A DNA stretch of 64,000 bases from Alphaproteobacteria bacterium GM202ARS2 (lineage in GTDB: Bacteria > Pseudomonadota > Alphaproteobacteria > GM7ARS4). The notes beneath the pieces are model-generated. The model was not told where the DNA came from. It did not search any database and worked only from the letters and a program-made list of their open reading frames with translations. The position numbers and the translations under genes are program-made. The stretch covers positions 12,500 to 76,499 of the forward strand of contig JACONH010000004.1 of NCBI GenBank assembly GCA_014323835.1, given 5' to 3'. Positions 59,433 through 64,000 of the stretch are shown here, piece after piece. Positions within the stretch are counted from its first letter, which is position 1. The number at the start of each line of letters is the position of its first letter.

Positions 59433-60539
59433 GTGGGCATCGATAAAAATTTTACCAGTCGTTATTTCGAAGATTATCGCCTTGGCATGACGATTCCTCA
59501 TGCTCTGGGACGCACAGTCATGCAGGGCGATGTCGCCTTGTATCTTGCGGTTACGGGCTCTCGTTTTGCGGTGCATTGCGACAGAGTCTATGCCCAGAAT
59601 CTCGGCTATCGGGACTGCCCGGTGGATGATATTCTTGTGTTTCATCTGGTGTTCGGGCGCACAGTGCCCGATTTGTCGCTCAATGCGGTCGCTAATCTCG
59701 GCTATGCCGGCTGTCGATTTTGCGCGCCCGTTTATGTTGGTGATACGCTCTATGCCGAATCAAAAGTGATTGGTGTCAAAGAAAATTCAAATGGCAAAAC
59801 AGGCACTGTCTATGTCTCGTCACGAGGCTGGAACCAGAACGGCGACACTGTCCTCGAGTATTATCGTTGGCTGATGATGCGCAAACGTGATGAAAGCTCA
59901 AAGCCCCCTGAGCCGGTGGTGCCTTCGTTGCCGGATAAAGTGGCGGATGGCGACTTCGTCATACCAGATTTTTTACGAGAAAAAGCTGCCGATGCGACAG
60001 ATGATGTTAATGTTGGTAGTTCGGCGCGCTGGGATGATTATAACGTAGGCGATGACATTCACCATATCGATGGACAGACTATCGAAGAAGCCGAGCATCA
60101 GATGGCAACGCGTCTGTATCAGAATAATGCTCGGGTGCACTTCAATCAGCACGTCGAGAAAGACAGTCGATTTGGACGTCGAATCATTTATGGCGGATAT
60201 ATTATCTCGTTGGCGCGTGCCCTGAGTGCTAATGGGCTTGCCCATGGCTTGCGTATGGCTGCTGTGCATAGTGGTAGGCATGCTGCCCCGACATTCGCTG
60301 GCGATACTGTCTATGCGTGGTCACGAGTCCTCGACAAACAGCCGATTGCGGGCACTGAGCAACTGGGTACGCTCCGTTTACGGACGCTGGTGGCAAAAGA
60401 CAACGGGACGATGGTCTTTCCTGCCCCTGAGGATAAAAGCAGCTGGCCGCCTCATCTGGTTTTAGACTTCGACTACAGCGTCTTGATGCCTCGCCGCGCG
60501 AGTCATAAAAAAAGTGACAGAAAGGCACAAAAAGGTTAA
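59433..60539 (+). CDS. mch: Double MaoC/hotdog dehydratase, mesaconyl-CoA hydratase-like
   Basis: YFEDYRLG, GRTVPDLSLNAVANLGY, KENSNGKTG and EHQMATRLYQN.ARVHF motifs. Confidence 0.85.
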   Translation: MGIDKNFTSRYFEDYRLGMTIPHALGRTVMQGDVALYLAVTGSRFAVHCDRVYAQNLGYRDCPVDDILVFHLVFGRTVPDLSLNAVANLGYAGCRFCAPVYVGDTLYAESKVIGVKENSNGKTGTVYVSSRGWNQNGDTVLEYYRWLMMRKRDESSKPPEPVVPSLPDKVADGDFVIPDFLREKAADATDDVNVGSSARWDDYNVGDDIHHIDGQTIEEAEHQMATRLYQNNARVHFNQHVEKDSRFGRRIIYGGYIISLARALSANGLAHGLRMAAVHSGRHAAPTFAGDTVYAWSRVLDKQPIAGTEQLGTLRLRTLVAKDNGTMVFPAPEDKSSWPPHLVLDFDYSVLMPRRASHKKSDRKAQKG

Positions 60540-60562
60540 CCTATAGGGAAGAGAGGAGAATC

Positions 60563-60979
60563 ATGGCAACACCGAGACCTTTATCACCGCATATGCAGAT
60601 TTATCGTCCGCAAATGACGTCCTTGATGTCGATAAGCCATCGTGTGACGGGTTTGTCGTTGCTGGTTTTTGCCCCTGTTGTGTCACTTTTTCTTTTTTTG
60701 TTGGCGTTTATGCCGAGTGGTGCGGGTGATGTGGTTGGATGGGTCGTTGTGCTTGGGTCGAATGCTTGGGGTGCGGTGGTGTTATTTATCGTGAGTCTGG
60801 TGGCTATTTGGAGTTTGTTCTTTCATTTATTCAATGGCTTGCGTTATATGTTGTGGAGTATGGGGTGGGGATTTGGTTTGACGCAAGCGATGATTTCAGG
60901 TTGGTTCGTGCTGATTGCCACCAGCACGGCGTCGGTGATAGCGATGCGTAGCCTTCTTGTCGCTTATGGGGGGTGGTAG
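60563..60979 (+). CDS. sdhC: Succinate dehydrogenase cytochrome b556 subunit
   Basis: RPLSPHMQIYRPQ, SISHRVTG and HLFNGLR motifs. Confidence 0.95.
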   Translation: MATPRPLSPHMQIYRPQMTSLMSISHRVTGLSLLVFAPVVSLFLFLLAFMPSGAGDVVGWVVVLGSNAWGAVVLFIVSLVAIWSLFFHLFNGLRYMLWSMGWGFGLTQAMISGWFVLIATSTASVIAMRSLLVAYGGW

Positions 60980-60980
60980 G

Positions 60981-61340
60981 ATGGTTCAGCAGCGTATCAG
61001 TGGTATTGGACATTGGTGGCAGCAACGTCTCACGGCGGTGGCGTTGGTGGTGCTGATTGGCTGGCTTTTTATTGCGTTGTCCACGGTTGCAGGGGGCGTG
61101 TCAAGCCCTCTGCATGAAGTGGCAAAGAATTGGGTGATGCGTCCGTTCAATGGCTTGTGTTTGGCATTGATGTTGGTCATGGCGTTTTGGCATGGCTACC
61201 TCGGACTCGGTACGATTATCGATGATTATGTGCATGGCGATGCGTTGAACAGAGTCTGTCATCGCTTGGCTTGGCTGTGGTGTGTTACGTTTGCTGGTTT
61301 GAGCGTTGTCTCGATAGGCTTTTTATATGGGGGTGGGTGA
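60981..61340 (+). CDS. sdhD: Succinate dehydrogenase membrane anchor
   Basis: HWWQQRLTA and H..LG...IIDDYVH motifs. Confidence 0.94.
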   Translation: MVQQRISGIGHWWQQRLTAVALVVLIGWLFIALSTVAGGVSSPLHEVAKNWVMRPFNGLCLALMLVMAFWHGYLGLGTIIDDYVHGDALNRVCHRLAWLWCVTFAGLSVVSIGFLYGGG

Positions 61341-63121
61341 TGGCTGCGTATACGTATCATGAGCATGCCTATGATGTTGTTATTGTTGGTGCGGGTGGTT
61401 CGGGCTTGCGGGCTGGCTTGGGTGCTTCTGAGTCGGGCTTGAAAGTAGCATGTATCAGCAAGGTATTTCCGACCCGTAGCCATACTGTTGCGGCTCAGGG
61501 TGGTATCAGTGCGGCTCTGGGCAATATGGGCGAAGATGATTGGCGTTGGCACATGTATGATACGGTGAAGGGCTCGGATTGGCTTGGGGATCAGGATGCC
61601 ATTGCATTTATGTGCGAGCAGGCGCCGCAGGCGGTCGTGGAACTCGAGCATTATGGCGTGCCTTTTTCCCGCACGGCAGAAGGGCGTATCTATCAGCGTC
61701 CCTTCGGTGGTATGACGACTCACTTCGGCGAAGGCACGGCACAGAGAACATGTGCTGCCGCTGATAGAACCGGGCATGCGATTATTCATACGCTCTATCA
61801 GCAATCGATGAATCATGGGGCTGACTTTTTCATCGAGTACTTTGTTCTGGGCTTGTTGATGGACGAACAAGGTGCTTGTTGTGGCGTTGTGGCTTGGTGC
61901 CTCGATGATGGCAGCATGCACATTTTCCGAGCCCATAAAGTCATTCTGGCAACCGGCGGTTATGGACGGACATATTTTGCGTGTACATCGGCTCACTCGT
62001 GCACTGGTGACGGCGGCGGCATGGTGTTGCGGGCGGGCTTGCCGCTACAGGATATGGAGTTCATCCAGTTTCATCCCACAGGTATATACGGCGTTGGTGT
62101 TTTGATTACGGAAGGGGCACGGGGCGAAGGCGGCTACTTGACCAATTGCGAAGGGGAACGATTCATGCCGAACTACGCCCCGCACGCAAAAGATTTGGCA
62201 TCCCGAGATGTCGTCAGTCGCTCGATTACGACAGAGGTGCAACAGAACAGGGGATGTGGTGAACATAAAGACCACGTTTTATTGCACTTGCACCATTTAC
62301 CGCACAAGGTTTTGGAAGAAAGGCTGCCGGGCATTAGTGAATCGTCGCGAGTCTTCGCTGGAGTCGATGTAACCAAAGAGCCTATTCCGGTGATACCCAC
62401 TGTGCATTACAACATGGGGGGTATTCCGACGAATGTTCATGGCGAGGTGCTTTCGGGCAAGGACGATACGTCCATTGTCGAGGGGTTAATGGCGGTTGGC
62501 GAAGCGGCGTGCGTATCGGTGCATGGGGCTAATCGTTTGGGGTCGAATTCGCTTCTCGATTTGATTGTCTTCGGGCGTGCTGCTGCGCAACGTTGCATCG
62601 ATACGTTAAAAAAAGGACAACCGCACGGGACGCTGGCACCGAGTGCTCTCGATGCGGTTATGGCACCCTTTGATAAACGGCGCTACGCACAAGGAAGCAC
62701 GATGACGGCGGCGATGCGTCTCGATATGCAGCGCATCATGCAAAAGCACTGCCCCGTTTACCGCAAAGAAAACGTCATGCAAGAGGGGTGGCAGGCTCTT
62801 AAACAGCTCTATGACCGCCGAGACGATATCCGAGTCACGGATAGATCGCTGATTTGGAATTCGGATTTGGTAGAAACCCTCGAGTATGATAACCTGTTGG
62901 CACAGGCGATGGTCAGCTTGCGGGGTGCTCTCAACCGTAAAGAAAGTCGAGGCGCGCACGCAAGAGAGGACTTTCCCAAAAGAGACGACACAAACTGGAT
63001 GAAACACAGCTTGATGTGGCTCAAAGATAGCGGTGATGTTAGCATTGGCTATCGCTCGGTGACTCTCGAGCCGGGGGTCAAAGGTGTCAAAAGCATCGAG
63101 CCGAAAGAGCGAGTCTATTAA
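61340..63121 (+). CDS. sdhA: Succinate dehydrogenase flavoprotein
   Basis: [22 protein letters not shown] and [11 protein letters not shown] motifs. Confidence 0.98.
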   Translation: MAAYTYHEHAYDVVIVGAGGSGLRAGLGASESGLKVACISKVFPTRSHTVAAQGGISAALGNMGEDDWRWHMYDTVKGSDWLGDQDAIAFMCEQAPQAVVELEHYGVPFSRTAEGRIYQRPFGGMTTHFGEGTAQRTCAAADRTGHAIIHTLYQQSMNHGADFFIEYFVLGLLMDEQGACCGVVAWCLDDGSMHIFRAHKVILATGGYGRTYFACTSAHSCTGDGGGMVLRAGLPLQDMEFIQFHPTGIYGVGVLITEGARGEGGYLTNCEGERFMPNYAPHAKDLASRDVVSRSITTEVQQNRGCGEHKDHVLLHLHHLPHKVLEERLPGISESSRVFAGVDVTKEPIPVIPTVHYNMGGIPTNVHGEVLSGKDDTSIVEGLMAVGEAACVSVHGANRLGSNSLLDLIVFGRAAAQRCIDTLKKGQPHGTLAPSALDAVMAPFDKRRYAQGSTMTAAMRLDMQRIMQKHCPVYRKENVMQEGWQALKQLYDRRDDIRVTDRSLIWNSDLVETLEYDNLLAQAMVSLRGALNRKESRGAHAREDFPKRDDTNWMKHSLMWLKDSGDVSIGYRSVTLEPGVKGVKSIEPKERVY

Positions 63122-63134
63122 AGGAGAAACGACA

Positions 63135-63941
63135 ATGGTGCAACTACGTCTGCCGCCTCAATCTCGTGTCCGTCAGGGGCGTGTGCATAATCGTGTCCCT
63201 AAGGGGGCGCGTAAGGGCGTTTTTCTGGTTTATCGCTATGACCCCGATAAGGACGCACCGCCGCGTCTTGATCGCTATGAGCTTGATTTGGACTCCTGTG
63301 GGCCTATGGTGCTGGATGCTTTGATTAAAATTAAAAATGAGCTGGACTCGACGTTAACATTTCGCCGTTCTTGTCGGGAAGGTATTTGTGGCTCTTGTGC
63401 GATGAATATTGATGGCACGAACACCCTTGCGTGTCTTAAGCCGATAGAGGAGGTGGAAGAAACGGTCAAAATTTATCCGCTTCCGCACATGGCTGTGGTC
63501 AAGGACTTGGTGCCTGACTTGAGTGGCTTTTATGAGCAGTATCGCTCTATCGAGCCGTGGTTGAAAAATGCCACGAAGCCGTCTGACGGCAGAGAACGTC
63601 TACAGAGCCCGGCACAGCACGATGCGATGGAAGGAACGTACGAATGTGTCTTATGTGCTTGTTGTTCGACGGCATGCCCCAGCTATTGGTGGAATGGCGA
63701 CAAATTTCTTGGCCCTGCGATTCTGTTGCAGGCGTATCGTTGGATTGCCGACAGCCGAGATAGCCATACCCGAGAACGTTTGCAGGCGTTGGACGACACG
63801 TTCAAGCTGTATCGTTGTCATACGATTATGAATTGCACGAAGACGTGTCCGAAGCATCTCAATCCTGCCCGTGCCATTGGTGCGATTAAGCAAATGTTGG
63901 CGCGCGGTATGCACAAGAAACGAGGAACAGATAAACAGTGA
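63135..63941 (+). CDS. sdhB: Succinate dehydrogenase iron-sulfur subunit
   Basis: [25 protein letters not shown] and [12 protein letters not shown] motifs. Confidence 0.98.
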   Translation: MVQLRLPPQSRVRQGRVHNRVPKGARKGVFLVYRYDPDKDAPPRLDRYELDLDSCGPMVLDALIKIKNELDSTLTFRRSCREGICGSCAMNIDGTNTLACLKPIEEVEETVKIYPLPHMAVVKDLVPDLSGFYEQYRSIEPWLKNATKPSDGRERLQSPAQHDAMEGTYECVLCACCSTACPSYWWNGDKFLGPAILLQAYRWIADSRDSHTRERLQALDDTFKLYRCHTIMNCTKTCPKHLNPARAIGAIKQMLARGMHKKRGTDKQ

Positions 63942-64000
63942 ATTGGCGTTGCTCTCTTGACGTTGAGGGTACGTCTTATGAATTTATCAGCGGACGGCGT

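Noticed and set aside
63938-64000. Possible start of the next CDS (GTG overlapping the sdhB stop)
   Set aside because: Only 21 codons are visible, so it cannot be identified

Overview
This is a gene-dense alphaproteobacterial chromosomal segment, judged from gene content and order (cobST, rpmF-plsX-fabH, rpoH, tim44-mltA-smr, lgt-midA-pgeF-prs-rplY-pth-ychF, rpsP-trmD-rplS-leuCDB-asd, sdhCDAB, split pntA). It is mostly housekeeping, with one tRNA-Gln(TTG). The main exception is an AT-rich block at about 3.07-8.73 kb. It opens with an exactly duplicated 60-bp promoter/RBS and carries a tightly coupled four-gene operon: membrane-anchored GrpE-like, lid-less Hsp70, TM-TerB protein with a degenerate J-like tail, and M48 zinc peptidase. 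After the operon come a small ORF, two parS-consensus palindromes, and two tandem paralogous 49-aa membrane microproteins that the ORF track misses. Other accessory loci are a ceramidase-like/Ntn-acylase/aldehyde dehydrogenase trio at the tRNA-Gln 3' end, an orphan DNA methyltransferase, and a dgkA plus EptA-like::phosphodiesterase fusion pair. Short tandem duplications recur at gene junctions. All product calls come from motif recognition only; no database searches were run.
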